Of a DNA stretch of 64,000 nt, positions 20,664-30,268 are shown one piece after another. The stretch lies in the NCBI GenBank assembly GCA_963674705.1, contig OY771506.1:320001-384000 (forward strand), given 5' to 3'. Made by a program: the position numbers and the translations under genes. The first letter of the stretch is position 1. Every line of letters starts with the position of its first letter. Under the pieces are notes generated by a model. That model searched no databases and was not told where the DNA came from. It worked only from the letters and a program-made list of their open reading frames with translations. The DNA comes from Phycisphaeraceae bacterium. GTDB taxonomy: Bacteria; Planctomycetota; Phycisphaerae; Phycisphaerales; Phycisphaeraceae.

Positions 20664-22799
20664 TCATCCACTGTGCGCCGGCAGGTAATACTGCTGCGTA
20701 TACTCCCCGACCATCCGGTTCGTATTAAACATACCGGGCACGGTCTTGAGCGAGTTGGCCATGATCTTGACCCAGCGTGAGGGGATACCGGCGCGGTTGC
20801 GTGTGTAGAACGTTGGCACGATGGTTTTTTCGAGCAGCGTATAGAGACAGTCGGCATCATAGGCGTTTTGTTTGCGCAGGCTCGTGTATTCCCGGCCGTC
20901 GCCGATCGCAAAGCCGTTACGCTTGTTGTAACCCTCGGGCCACCAGCCATCGAGCACGGACAGGTTCACCCCACCATGCAGCGGCGGCTTCATCCCGCTC
21001 GTGCCGGAGGCTTCGTTGGGGCGCAACGGATTGTTCAACCAGATGTCGCAGCCCGAAGTCAGCATGCGTCCGACCTGCATGTCGTAGTTTTCGATCACAA
21101 CGACCTTGCCCTTGAAGCCCGCCTTCTGCGAATATCTAACAATCTGCTTCAGGTACTTCTGCCCGTCCATGTCGGCGGGGTGTGCCTTGCCTGCAAAGAT
21201 CAACTGCACGGGGCGTTTCTCGTCGCCGAGGATCTTCATCAAGCGCTTCGCATCATGGAAAATCAGCGGGGCGCGTTTATACGTCGCGAATCGTCGGGCA
21301 AAACCGATGGTCAGCGCGTTGTCATCCAGCATGCACTCGGCATCGATGATCGCCTGTGCATCGCCGCCGTGACGCACCGCCTGCTCGACCAGCCGCTGCC
21401 GCGCAAAACGTACAAGCCGACTGCGGAGCACGCTGCGCAGTTCCCAGAGCGCCTCGGCCGGAACGCGATCAACCTTTTTCCACGGGTCATCAAACGCACC
21501 GGCATCGTGCGCCTTCGGCTTGATGTACTTGCGATAGAACGGCTGCGCTTCGGGCGAGAGCCATGTCTGGAAGTGTACACCGTTGGTCACGTGACCGATC
21601 GGCACGTCCTTCGCCTTGTCGACATCGAAGATCTTCTGCCACATTTCGCGCGACACTTCGCCGTGCAGTTTCGCAACGCCGTTGGCGCGTCGGCTTAAAC
21701 GCAGCGCAAGTGCCGTCATGCACATCGGGGCCTTGGCGTTGCCGGGATCTTCACTTCCCAGTTCCATGAGTTTGGACATCTTCAGGTCGGTGCCCTTAAG
21801 TAGCGGCTTGAAGTATTTGCGTGTCAGTGCAGGTGTGAAGCGGTCGTGCCCTGCCGGGACGGGCGTGTGTGTTGTGAAGACCGTGTGCGAAGCGACCTTT
21901 TCGATCACATCGTCGAGCTTGCTCTTTTTCGTCATCTGATCGAGTACCGCCTTGACCGGCGCGAACGCGGCATGCCCTTCGTTGAGGTGCAACACGGTGG
22001 GCTTGATGCCGACCGTCTTAAGCGCCATCACGCCACCAACACCGAGTAGAACCTCCTGGCGGATGCGTGTTTCGTTGTTGCCGCCATAGAGGAAGGATGT
22101 AATCTTCCTGTCCGTTGGTTTATTCTCGGGTAAATCGGTATCCAGCAGATACAGCTCCACCCGCCCGACATCGACGCGCCAGATCTTGACCTTCACCTTG
22201 CTCGACGCCATGCGGATCGCGAAGGTTTTTTTCGTATCCGTTACGGGCAGTTTGCAGAAGTCGTAGCTCGGATAGATCGGATGCGTTGAGCCGTCCTGCC
22301 CGATTTCCTGCCGGTAGTAGCCGTGCCGATAGAGCAGGCCCACAGCCGTGAGTGGAACGCCGAGGTCCGATGCGCTTTTCAAGTGATCGCCCGCCAATAC
22401 ACCGAGCCCGCCGGAGTAGATCGGCAGACTTTCGTGCAATGCAAACTCGGCGCTGAAGTAAGCGACGCGCATCCGCTTCTGCTTCGCCGTTGCGGTACGG
22501 GCAAACCATGCCTTGCTGCGCTTATATACTGCAAGGTCTTTCTCGCACGCAGCCAGGCGTTTTAAAAAATCAACTTCTTCGGCCAGTTGGTCAAGACGAT
22601 ACTCCGGCAACTGATCGATGACCTTCAACGGGTTGCGTTCGGTCGCTTCCCACAGGACCGGATCGAGCGAAGCGAACAGGCGTTGCGTGTCGGCGTCCCA
22701 GGTCCAGCGCAGGTTCATCGCCAGATCATGGAGCCGTTGCGTGACGTTAACCGGTTTAACGGTCTTGCGTGTCTGTCGCGTCTTGCGGGTCTTTGCCAT
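20664..22799 (-). CDS. glgP: Alpha-glucan phosphorylase
   Basis: YSGGLGVLAGDHLKSASD, HLNEGH, FARRFATYKR, EASGTSGMK (PLP lysine). Confidence 0.96.
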   Translation of the reverse strand: MAKTRKTRQTRKTVKPVNVTQRLHDLAMNLRWTWDADTQRLFASLDPVLWEATERNPLKVIDQLPEYRLDQLAEEVDFLKRLAACEKDLAVYKRSKAWFARTATAKQKRMRVAYFSAEFALHESLPIYSGGLGVLAGDHLKSASDLGVPLTAVGLLYRHGYYRQEIGQDGSTHPIYPSYDFCKLPVTDTKKTFAIRMASSKVKVKIWRVDVGRVELYLLDTDLPENKPTDRKITSFLYGGNNETRIRQEVLLGVGGVMALKTVGIKPTVLHLNEGHAAFAPVKAVLDQMTKKSKLDDVIEKVASHTVFTTHTPVPAGHDRFTPALTRKYFKPLLKGTDLKMSKLMELGSEDPGNAKAPMCMTALALRLSRRANGVAKLHGEVSREMWQKIFDVDKAKDVPIGHVTNGVHFQTWLSPEAQPFYRKYIKPKAHDAGAFDDPWKKVDRVPAEALWELRSVLRSRLVRFARQRLVEQAVRHGGDAQAIIDAECMLDDNALTIGFARRFATYKRAPLIFHDAKRLMKILGDEKRPVQLIFAGKAHPADMDGQKYLKQIVRYSQKAGFKGKVVVIENYDMQVGRMLTSGCDIWLNNPLRPNEASGTSGMKPPLHGGVNLSVLDGWWPEGYNKRNGFAIGDGREYTSLRKQNAYDADCLYTLLEKTIVPTFYTRNRAGIPSRWVKIMANSLKTVPGMFNTNRMVGEYTQQYYLPAHSG

Positions 22800-22868
22800 C
22801 GTTCGCTTCACTTTCGTTTGTATTGCGTGATTGTGTTTGCGTGAGTGTAAGTCAATCGCACACGTTTC

Positions 22869-24389
22869 TCATGCTCGGCCGAACAGCGCGGTCTGCGCCG
22901 CCAGCCAGCGTGCGTGCGACTTCTTCAGTTGGCCCGGCTTCAATCGCCAGGTCCAGTTGCCCCGGAGCGTGCCGGGGATGTTCATCCTCCCCCGGCTGTC
23001 CAGTCCCAAGAGGTCCTGAACCGGAAAGATAGCGGTATTGGAGACCGAACTCAAAGTGAGTCGGATCAGGTCCTGGTGGATCGTCCGCGGCGACCCCCCG
23101 GTGTATGAGAGGATACGTTTGCGTTCGCTCAATCCGTTTTTGTCAGGCTTTCGGCCGGCATTGAGGAACCAGCCGCGTGCGGTGTCGTTGTCGTGCGTCC
23201 CGGTATAGACCACACTCCGGGCGTGGTAGTTGTGCGGCATGTAGTAGGTATCGTCCTCACCGAAGGCGAACTGTAATACGCGCATGCCGGGGAATTCGAA
23301 CTTATCTCGCAACGCTTCCGCCTCGGTGGTCAACACGCCAAGGTCTTCGGCGATGATCGGCACGCTGCCAAGCCTGCGCTTAAGCACCTGGAACAGGTCC
23401 GCCCCCGGGCCCTTGCGCCATTTGCCTCGCCGTGCATCCTTATCTTCCGCGGGCACCGCCCAGAACCGGCAGAAGCCCAGGAAGTGATCGATCCGCGCAG
23501 TGTCGTATTGCGTCAGGCATCGGCGGAATCGCTCGACCCACCAGGCATAACCGGATGTTTTGTGTTTGTCCCAATCGTAAAGCGGGTGCTTCCAGAGTTG
23601 GCCCGTCTTGCTGAACGCGTCCGGCGGAGCGCCGGAAATCACCTTCGGCTTGCCGTTGGCCTTGAGCAGGAATAACTCGGGATTGGCCCAGACATCGCAA
23701 CTGTCTTGCGCCACAAAGATCGGGATGTCGCCGATCAGGCCGATGCCCAGATTTTTGCAATGCTTCTTCAGCGCGTTCCACTGCTTATCGAACTGATATT
23801 GCAGGAACACGCTGTAATCGATCTTGTCGGCCAGGTGTTCACGGGCTTGCTGAAGGTCGGCCTTGCGACGCTTGCGGATCCCGTCGGGCCACTTCCACCA
23901 CGGCCGATTGCGCGTCGTATAACGCAACGCGCTGAACATCGCCCAATCATCCAGCCAGGCCTTGTGCTGCTCGTGGAACTTCGCCATCGCATCGCGGTTG
24001 CGCTTTGGCCCATCAACAAAGCTCTCATACGCCAGCTTCAGCAGCGGCTCCCGCCGCTTGCGCACGGCGGCATAGTCGACCTTGTTCTGATTGATCCCGG
24101 CAAAGCGTTTGATGTCGGCTCGACTCAGCAAACCGTCGCGATACAAAAGCTCCAGGCTGATCAGCGTGGGATCGCCGGCGAAAGCGGAGTATGCGCTGTA
24201 CGGGCAGCCATGCTTGTCTGCCGGGTTGATCGGCAGCGTCTGCCACCAGCGCTGACCCGCGTCCGCCAGGAAGTCAGCAAACTTATACGCCTCCAGCCCA
24301 AGGTCCCCGCAGCCGTACGGCCCGGGCAACGAGGTCGGGTGCAGCAGGATCCCGCTGCTACGCTTTGATAAAGTTGGACCACCACTCAA
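22869..24389 (-). CDS. malQ: 4-alpha-glucanotransferase (amylomaltase)
   Basis: RSSGILLHPTSLP, GDIPIFV, RIDHFLGF, IAEDLG, YTGTHDNDT. TTG start chosen because GGAG lies upstream. Confidence 0.96.
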   Translation of the reverse strand: MSGGPTLSKRSSGILLHPTSLPGPYGCGDLGLEAYKFADFLADAGQRWWQTLPINPADKHGCPYSAYSAFAGDPTLISLELLYRDGLLSRADIKRFAGINQNKVDYAAVRKRREPLLKLAYESFVDGPKRNRDAMAKFHEQHKAWLDDWAMFSALRYTTRNRPWWKWPDGIRKRRKADLQQAREHLADKIDYSVFLQYQFDKQWNALKKHCKNLGIGLIGDIPIFVAQDSCDVWANPELFLLKANGKPKVISGAPPDAFSKTGQLWKHPLYDWDKHKTSGYAWWVERFRRCLTQYDTARIDHFLGFCRFWAVPAEDKDARRGKWRKGPGADLFQVLKRRLGSVPIIAEDLGVLTTEAEALRDKFEFPGMRVLQFAFGEDDTYYMPHNYHARSVVYTGTHDNDTARGWFLNAGRKPDKNGLSERKRILSYTGGSPRTIHQDLIRLTLSSVSNTAIFPVQDLLGLDSRGRMNIPGTLRGNWTWRLKPGQLKKSHARWLAAQTALFGRA

Positions 24390-24431
24390 GGTCTTGGGCT
24401 CCTGTTTCAAAGCCCAAAGGATAACGTATTT

Positions 24432-24480
24432 AGCCCGGGGTCGACGACCCCGGGCCGGCCCCACGTCGTCGACGTGGGGC
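24432..24480. repeat. Pair of REP-like palindromes
   Basis: GCCCGGGGTC-gac-GACCCCGGGC then GCCCCACGTC-gtc-GACGTGGGGC; a related hairpin sits at 20604-20625. Confidence 0.7.
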
Positions 24481-24490
24481 AAAATAATCG

Positions 24491-25555
24491 TTACCCGATC
24501 GCTCCCGTGCAGCTCGATCCCGCCCCGGCGGTGCAGCCGAAGCAGTGGGTGCCCGTGCGGATCGATCGGCCGATCAATTCATCGGGTGTGTAGTCCCAGA
24601 GCTTTTTGCTCCGCGCCTCGATGATGTGCTCTTCTTCCACCCCGTCATCCAGCCCATCCAGCGCCATCAACAGCATCTGGTTGAAGTCGCAGTCATACAC
24701 ACTCCCCTGCCAACCGATGCTAACCAAGTCCCGGCACATGACGCCTTCAACATTGCTCGGATTATGTGCATCAATGAGCTTGGCGATGTAGCTGTCGTAT
24801 TGCCCGTCGCGCTTCAAAGCATGCTCGAAACGTTTGATCGGCATGTTGGTAATCGTCCACAGCTTGTTAAATACAATACCGAAGTGTTCCGCGAGGTACT
24901 TCTTGTAGTCGGTTTCGAGCGAAGCCTGAGCGGGCGGTAGCCCGTAGCCAACGGGGTTGTAGACCAGGTCGAGCCGAAGACCGCTGTCTTCCTTGCCATA
25001 CCCGAGCATGTTGAGTTTGCGCAGCGCCTTGATAGAACCGTCATACACGCCCTTACCTCGCTGCTTATCAACGTTGTCTTCCAGGTAGCACGGCAAGCTG
25101 GCGGTCACCTCGACCTGACTCTCTGCAAGAAACAGTGCCAGATCTTCATACCCCGGCTCAAGCAGGATCGTGAGGTTACACCGGTCAATCACATGCAGAC
25201 CCAACCGCTTGATGGCAACAACCAGGTCACGGAAGTGCGGGTTCATCTCCGGCGCTCCGCCGGTCAGGTCCACGACTTCGATGCCCAATTCATCCTTGTA
25301 GCGCTTCAGCCAGCCGAGGATTTTCTCCATCGTCTGCCAGGTCATGATCTCCGTGCGGCCGGGCCCGGCCTCGACGTGGCAATGGTGGCACGCCAGATTA
25401 CACATCTTCCCGACGTTGATCTGAAGCGTCGTGATCGCCCGGCGGGTCAGCGTCTGCCCGTCAGCCGACAGCCGATCCGCAAAATGATCGCCTCCGGCAT
25501 CCTCGGCAAGCGGCAGCGGATAATCTTGTATGTTTCGTGCGGATTCCGTGGGCAT
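24491..25555 (-). CDS. arsS: Radical SAM/Cys-rich protein, ArsS family (DUF3641 C-terminus)
   Basis: CNLACHHCHVEAGP, DLTGGAPEMNP, YDCDFNQML, HCFGCTAGAGSSC. Confidence 0.88.
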   Translation of the reverse strand: MPTESARNIQDYPLPLAEDAGGDHFADRLSADGQTLTRRAITTLQINVGKMCNLACHHCHVEAGPGRTEIMTWQTMEKILGWLKRYKDELGIEVVDLTGGAPEMNPHFRDLVVAIKRLGLHVIDRCNLTILLEPGYEDLALFLAESQVEVTASLPCYLEDNVDKQRGKGVYDGSIKALRKLNMLGYGKEDSGLRLDLVYNPVGYGLPPAQASLETDYKKYLAEHFGIVFNKLWTITNMPIKRFEHALKRDGQYDSYIAKLIDAHNPSNVEGVMCRDLVSIGWQGSVYDCDFNQMLLMALDGLDDGVEEEHIIEARSKKLWDYTPDELIGRSIRTGTHCFGCTAGAGSSCTGAIG

Positions 25556-25657
25556 ATGCGTGTAACAATGAAACAAGCCAGATTATTCCCCCTTCTTGCT
25601 GATACGCCCCCTCTTGCGGGGTACAATCCGCGGAGTCACATCAGAAGGAGATCAGGT

Positions 25658-26515
25658 ATGCAGACACGTAAACTGGGCAAGACCGACCTCGAACCGACCG
25701 TCATCGGCTTCGGCGGGGTCGTGGTGTGCGATGAGACACAAGACGATGCCAACCGCATGATCGCCGAGGCGTTCGACGCGGGCATCCGCTACTTCGACGT
25801 CGCCCCGCAGTACGGCAACGCTCAGCAGCGCATGGGCCCGGCCCTCGAGCCCTACCGTGACAACGTCATGCTCGCCTGCAAAACACTCGAACGTACAGCC
25901 GACGGCGCTCGCAAAGAGCTGGAAGACTCCCTGACCAAGCTGCGCACCGATCACTTCGACCTGTACCAGGCGCATGCCGTATCCAGCCTCGACGAAGCCA
26001 AGCAGATCCTCGGCCCCGGCGGCGCGATCGAGGCCTTCAAGGAAGCACAACAGGCGGGCAAGGTCCGCTACATCGGCTTCAGCGCCCACGATGAAGAAGC
26101 CGCCCTGCACCTGGTCGAGTCAGGCCTGTTCGCATCCGCCCTGTTCCCGCTGAACTACACCGTCCTGCAGCATGATGGCTTCGGCAAGAATCTGATCGAG
26201 GCAGCCAACGCCAAAGGTATGGGCCTGCTGTCGCTCAAGGCGATCGCACGGACAAAGATCCCGCAGGGCGGTGAACGTTCTCACAAGAAGTGCTGGTATG
26301 TGCCGGAGGATCGGCGGGATGTGGCGCACCTGATGCTGCGCTACGTGCTGAACCTGCCGGGCGTCGCCGCCGCCGTCCCCCCGGGCGATCCGGGCCTGTT
26401 CAAAATGGTCATGGGCTTCGCCGACAACATCGACCCGCTCAACGGCGAGGAACTGGCCGAACTCGAAGAAGCCGTAGGCGAAAACAGCCCCCTGTTCCCC
26501 CTGCAGACGGCGTAA
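25658..26515 (+). CDS. Aldo/keto reductase
   Basis: RKLGKT, YFDVAPQYG, SLTKLRTDHFDLYQAH, GKVRYIGFSAH; AGGAG RBS before ATG 25658. Confidence 0.92.
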   Translation: MQTRKLGKTDLEPTVIGFGGVVVCDETQDDANRMIAEAFDAGIRYFDVAPQYGNAQQRMGPALEPYRDNVMLACKTLERTADGARKELEDSLTKLRTDHFDLYQAHAVSSLDEAKQILGPGGAIEAFKEAQQAGKVRYIGFSAHDEEAALHLVESGLFASALFPLNYTVLQHDGFGKNLIEAANAKGMGLLSLKAIARTKIPQGGERSHKKCWYVPEDRRDVAHLMLRYVLNLPGVAAAVPPGDPGLFKMVMGFADNIDPLNGEELAELEEAVGENSPLFPLQTA

Positions 26516-26526
26516 ACCGGTCCGGT

Positions 26527-26560
26527 CCCCTCTCCCCCCGGGAGAGGGTTAGGGTGAGGG
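26527..26560. repeat. REP-like hairpin CCCTCTCCC-n-GGGAGAGGG
   Basis: CCCCTCTCCCCCCGGGAGAGGGTTAGGGTGAGGG; second copy at ~31227-31249. Confidence 0.75.
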
Positions 26561-26789
26561 CCGAATTCCTGGCGCTTTCATCATCCACGTTAACCTGCCA
26601 AAAACACCAATTATTGCTACGATCTGCGGTCCTGAACCCCGCTGCGTAACCCCGGCTAATCCCGGGCTTCCGCCCGGGGCTATTGTGGATATGCCTTCAC
26701 AGGCTGCCGATGACTTGTACACCAACAGCCCCACCCGCAACGATGGGGTTCAACAACCCTCGAACCTTAAGTTACGCAGGACCAACCCC

Positions 26790-28499
26790 ATGCCCGACAT
26801 CGACCCCGCCGACAAATCCATGGACGCCATCGTCGCCCTCTGCAAGCGACGCGGTTTCGTTTACCCGGCCTCCGAAATATACGGCGGGATCAACGGCTTC
26901 TGGGACTACGGTCCGCTCGGTGTCGCACTCAAAAACAACATCCGCGACCACTGGTGGAAACACATGGTCGAGTGCCCCCCCATCGGCCCCGACGGCGAAC
27001 CCGTCGCCATGGTCGGCCTCGACTCCTCCATCATCCAGAACCCACGCACGTGGGAAGCTTCAGGACACGTCGGTGGATTTAACGACCCGATGGTCGACTG
27101 CAAAGAGTGTAAAAGTCGCTTCAGAGCCGATCACTTATACACACAGACTTGGGCTGAGCCAGAGAAATTTGGCGAATACTTCCTAGAAGGCCCAGAAAAC
27201 CCGCAACCCGATCCCTCTTATCTTGCTATTTTGCCTATTGAAAAACGCAAAGAGGTGAGAGACCAGTATGAACTCGAACTTAAACTTCACGCAAAAGATC
27301 GAGGTGAGGTAATCAGACGATTAGTAGTGGCTTCTAGTCTGGAAGAAGCTGAAACTATTGAGCTGACGGGCAAGCATAAGAAACTGGCTGATAAACTCGG
27401 TTTGAAATTGTTCTGGACTGTTCCACTTGCTGAATATGATTATCACGCACCTCGTGGCGAAGGATGTCCAAATTGTGGTGGAGAACTTACGGCACCGAGA
27501 CTCTTCAACCTCATGTTCGAAACCTATGTCGGGGCAATTCGAGACGACGATGCGAAAGCGTATCTGCGTCCGGAAACCGCGCAGGGCATTTTCCTGAATT
27601 ACAAGAACGTGCTGGACACGATGCGCGTTAAAGTCCCGTTCGGTGTGGCGCAGATCGGTAAATCATTCCGTAACGAAGTAACCCCCCGTAACTTCATATT
27701 CCGCAGCCGTGAGTTTGAACAGATGGAGATGGAATGGTTCTGCGCCCCGGATGAGGCTGCCAAGTGGTACGAGTTCTGGAAGATCGAGCGTATGAAGTGG
27801 TGGAAGACACTCGGTATCAGCGACTCGAACCTGCGCTACCGCGACCACGATGATGATGAGTTGGCGCACTACTCGAAGATGTGCGTCGACATCGAATACA
27901 AGTACCCCTTCAGCGCCCCGGGCTACGGCGAACTGGAAGGCGTCGCACACCGCGGCTGCTTCGACCTGACCCAGCACCAGACGCATTCCAAGCAGAAGCT
28001 GGAATACTTCGACCAGGAGCGCCAGGTCAAAGCCAAGGAAGCCGGTGCGAGCAAGGAAGAGATCGACGCGCAGAGCAAGTACATGGCCAACGTCATCGAA
28101 CCCGCCAGCGGCCTGACGCGCGGCGTGCTGGTGCTGCTGTGCGAAGCGTACACGGAAGACCACACCCGCCCGAGTAAGGTGTTCATGAAGTTCAAGCCGA
28201 AGTTCGCGCCGATCAAGGCAGGCATCTTCCCGCTGGTGAATAAGGACGGCATGCCCGAGGTCGCGCAGAAGCTCTACATGCAATTGCGCGAAAAATACAC
28301 CTGCCAGATCGACGCCAAGCAATCGATCGGCAAACGCTACGCACGCATGGACGAAGCAGGGACACCCTTCTGCTTCACCATCGATGGCGACACGCTCAAC
28401 GATCAGACCGTCACCGTCCGCGACCGTGACTCGCAGAGCCAGGAGCGGATCAACATCGACAAGGTTGATGCGTTCTTAACGGAGAAGATCGGACAATAA
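26790..28499 (+). CDS. glyQS: Glycine--tRNA ligase (alpha2 type)
   Basis: ALCKRRGFVYPASEIYGG, WDYGPLG, YLRPETAQGIF, FRNEVTPRNFIFRSREFEQME, IGKRYARMDEAGTPFC. Confidence 0.97.
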   Translation: MPDIDPADKSMDAIVALCKRRGFVYPASEIYGGINGFWDYGPLGVALKNNIRDHWWKHMVECPPIGPDGEPVAMVGLDSSIIQNPRTWEASGHVGGFNDPMVDCKECKSRFRADHLYTQTWAEPEKFGEYFLEGPENPQPDPSYLAILPIEKRKEVRDQYELELKLHAKDRGEVIRRLVVASSLEEAETIELTGKHKKLADKLGLKLFWTVPLAEYDYHAPRGEGCPNCGGELTAPRLFNLMFETYVGAIRDDDAKAYLRPETAQGIFLNYKNVLDTMRVKVPFGVAQIGKSFRNEVTPRNFIFRSREFEQMEMEWFCAPDEAAKWYEFWKIERMKWWKTLGISDSNLRYRDHDDDELAHYSKMCVDIEYKYPFSAPGYGELEGVAHRGCFDLTQHQTHSKQKLEYFDQERQVKAKEAGASKEEIDAQSKYMANVIEPASGLTRGVLVLLCEAYTEDHTRPSKVFMKFKPKFAPIKAGIFPLVNKDGMPEVAQKLYMQLREKYTCQIDAKQSIGKRYARMDEAGTPFCFTIDGDTLNDQTVTVRDRDSQSQERINIDKVDAFLTEKIGQ

Positions 28500-28505
28500 G
28501 TTAAA

Positions 28506-28688
28506 ACCGCGAAGGCGCGAAGAGCGCGAAGAAAATCATTATTTAGCCACCGATAAACACGGATGAACACAGAGACCGATCAATAGCTCGGATCCATCCA
28601 AGCCGACTTCTTTTTCTTATCTGTGTTTATCCGTGTTTATCTGTGGCTAACTTCTTCTCATCCTTCGCGATCTTCGCGCCTTCGCGGT
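28506..28688. repeat. Nested palindromic element, empty form (copy A)
   Basis: Outer arms ACCGCGAAGGCGCGAAGAGCGCGAAG / CTTCGCGATCTTCGCGCCTTCGCGGT; inner arms TTAGCCACCGATAAACACGGATGAACACAGA / TCTGTGTTTATCCGTGTTTATCTGTGGCTAA; ~45-nt spacer. Confidence 0.92.
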
Positions 28689-28696
28689 AAAAGAAT

Positions 28697-29272
28697 ATGC
28701 CCGGCCGTATACAAGCACTACGATCACTGCTGACCGCACATGTCCCCGCTTGCGAGGAGGAAGCGGTGCACCGATCGCGCATGTTGAAACTCGTTGAAGC
28801 AACGGGCGATCCTTTTTCACGCGAGCATTACGAGCCGGGCCACTTCACCGCAAGCGGGTTTGTGTTGTCGCCTGATAGAAAGAGCGTGTTGCTCGTACTG
28901 CACCGCAAACTCAATCGTTGGCTACAACCCGGCGGGCATATCGATCCGGAGGATATCGATGTGTTTGCCGCCGCCTGCCGGGAAGTGACGGAAGAGACAG
29001 GGCTCGTAAATTTACGCGCAGCACAAAACACCGCCACCCTATTCGATGTGGATATCCACCCGATCCCCGCACGCAAAACCGAACCCGCCCACGAGCACTT
29101 CGATGTGCGATTTCTGCTGCATTGCGACAACACCCACATCACACGCAACGACGAAACGCATGACGCCGAATGGGTTTCATTGAATGAGCTAAGCCAACGG
29201 ATGACGGACCCGTGTGAAGCGAGAGTGATCAGGAAGTTAGAGGGTCTGGGGTCTGGTCAGACAGGCATTTAG
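28697..29272 (+). CDS. NUDIX hydrolase
   Basis: GHFTASGFV, WLQPGGHID...AACREVTEETG Nudix box, HFDVRFL. Confidence 0.93.
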   Translation: MPGRIQALRSLLTAHVPACEEEAVHRSRMLKLVEATGDPFSREHYEPGHFTASGFVLSPDRKSVLLVLHRKLNRWLQPGGHIDPEDIDVFAAACREVTEETGLVNLRAAQNTATLFDVDIHPIPARKTEPAHEHFDVRFLLHCDNTHITRNDETHDAEWVSLNELSQRMTDPCEARVIRKLEGLGSGQTGI

Positions 29273-29578
29273 TGGATAGGAGATGATATACCCCACGTTT
29301 AGCGGGCGAGTTTACTCGCCCATCCGCAACATTCCATCGAAGATTCCGCATCGAACATTGAACATCACCCCCGATTTCCCTTCCCTTCTCACAACCCCGT
29401 GGTAAAATAAATTTAGAGTTAATTGCCCGGGCGCCTCCCTTCAAGGTGCTGTCATGGAATAGCTCCTTGTCGGGTCACGTCTCGTTTCGGCCGCCCCCGG
29501 AAGTCGCTCCGGGAGCATGTCTTCGTTCACCTCGGTAGTTGTCACATCTCACTCGCTCCATGCAGGAAGGAGACCGCC

Positions 29579-30052
29579 ATGCCCGTTAAGAGATTGCGAG
29601 AGTATTTGGACAGCCACGGCGTGAAGTACGTGGTACTCAGCCATTCGCCCGCCTACACCGCCCAGGAGATCGCGAGGGCCGCGCACGTACCCGGACAGGA
29701 GATGACCAAAACCGTCATGGTCAAACTCGACGGCGAACTGGTCATGATCGCGATGCCCGCGCCGTCCAAAGTGCGTTTCGACATGCTGCGCGAGGCCAGC
29801 GGAGCCGAGGTCGTCGAACTGGCGCGCGAACGTGATTTTGCCGGCCTGTTCCCGGGCTGCGAGCTGGGCGCGATGCCGCCGTTCGGCAACCTGTACGAAG
29901 TCCCGGTGATCGTGGACCACATGCTGGCCGAGGATGAATACATCTGCTTCAACGCCGGCACACACACGGAACTGATCCGCATGTCCTACGCCGACTTCGA
30001 CGCGCTGGTCAAACCCACACTCATGCAGCTGAGCGAACCGCTGATGCTGTAA
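29579..30052 (+). CDS. YbaK/EbsC family aminoacyl-tRNA deacylase
   Basis: HSPAYTAQEIA, KTVMVK, CELGAMPPFG, FNAGTH; GGAG RBS. Confidence 0.9.
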   Translation: MPVKRLREYLDSHGVKYVVLSHSPAYTAQEIARAAHVPGQEMTKTVMVKLDGELVMIAMPAPSKVRFDMLREASGAEVVELARERDFAGLFPGCELGAMPPFGNLYEVPVIVDHMLAEDEYICFNAGTHTELIRMSYADFDALVKPTLMQLSEPLML

Positions 30053-30087
30053 AAGCTGAGTGAACTGAACGTGTTCATTTAAACCCC

Positions 30088-30250
30088 GTCTTTCATAGCT
30101 GCGATGTTGGGTGCCACACTTTGACTGCGCAGCAGGAAAGTGTGCATCGCAAAAGCACACTTTGCCCTTCGGGTCAAAGTGTGGCACCCGTCAACTGAAA
30201 CCGTCTTTAAATATAGTCTTTCATAGCTGCGATACGACGCATCGCAGGCA
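30088..30250. repeat. REP-like palindromic cluster
   Basis: 17-bp perfect IR GGGTGCCACACTTTGAC/GTCAAAGTGTGGCACCC (30109-30189) lying between 18-bp direct repeats GTCTTTCATAGCTGCGAT. Confidence 0.8.
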
Positions 30251-30268
30251 GATATAGTTCACGTGTTC

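Noticed and set aside
25193..25657. Long N-terminal extensions given by the ORF track for the AKR (also malQ, glyQS, YbaK and nusG)
   Set aside because: They overlap neighbouring genes or repeats; family-typical starts, several with a clear RBS, lie downstream
28506..28688. Possible CRISPR or mini-CRISPR array
   Set aside because: The repeats are inverted arms made of 9-10-mers, not direct repeats with unique spacers, and there are no cas genes in the window
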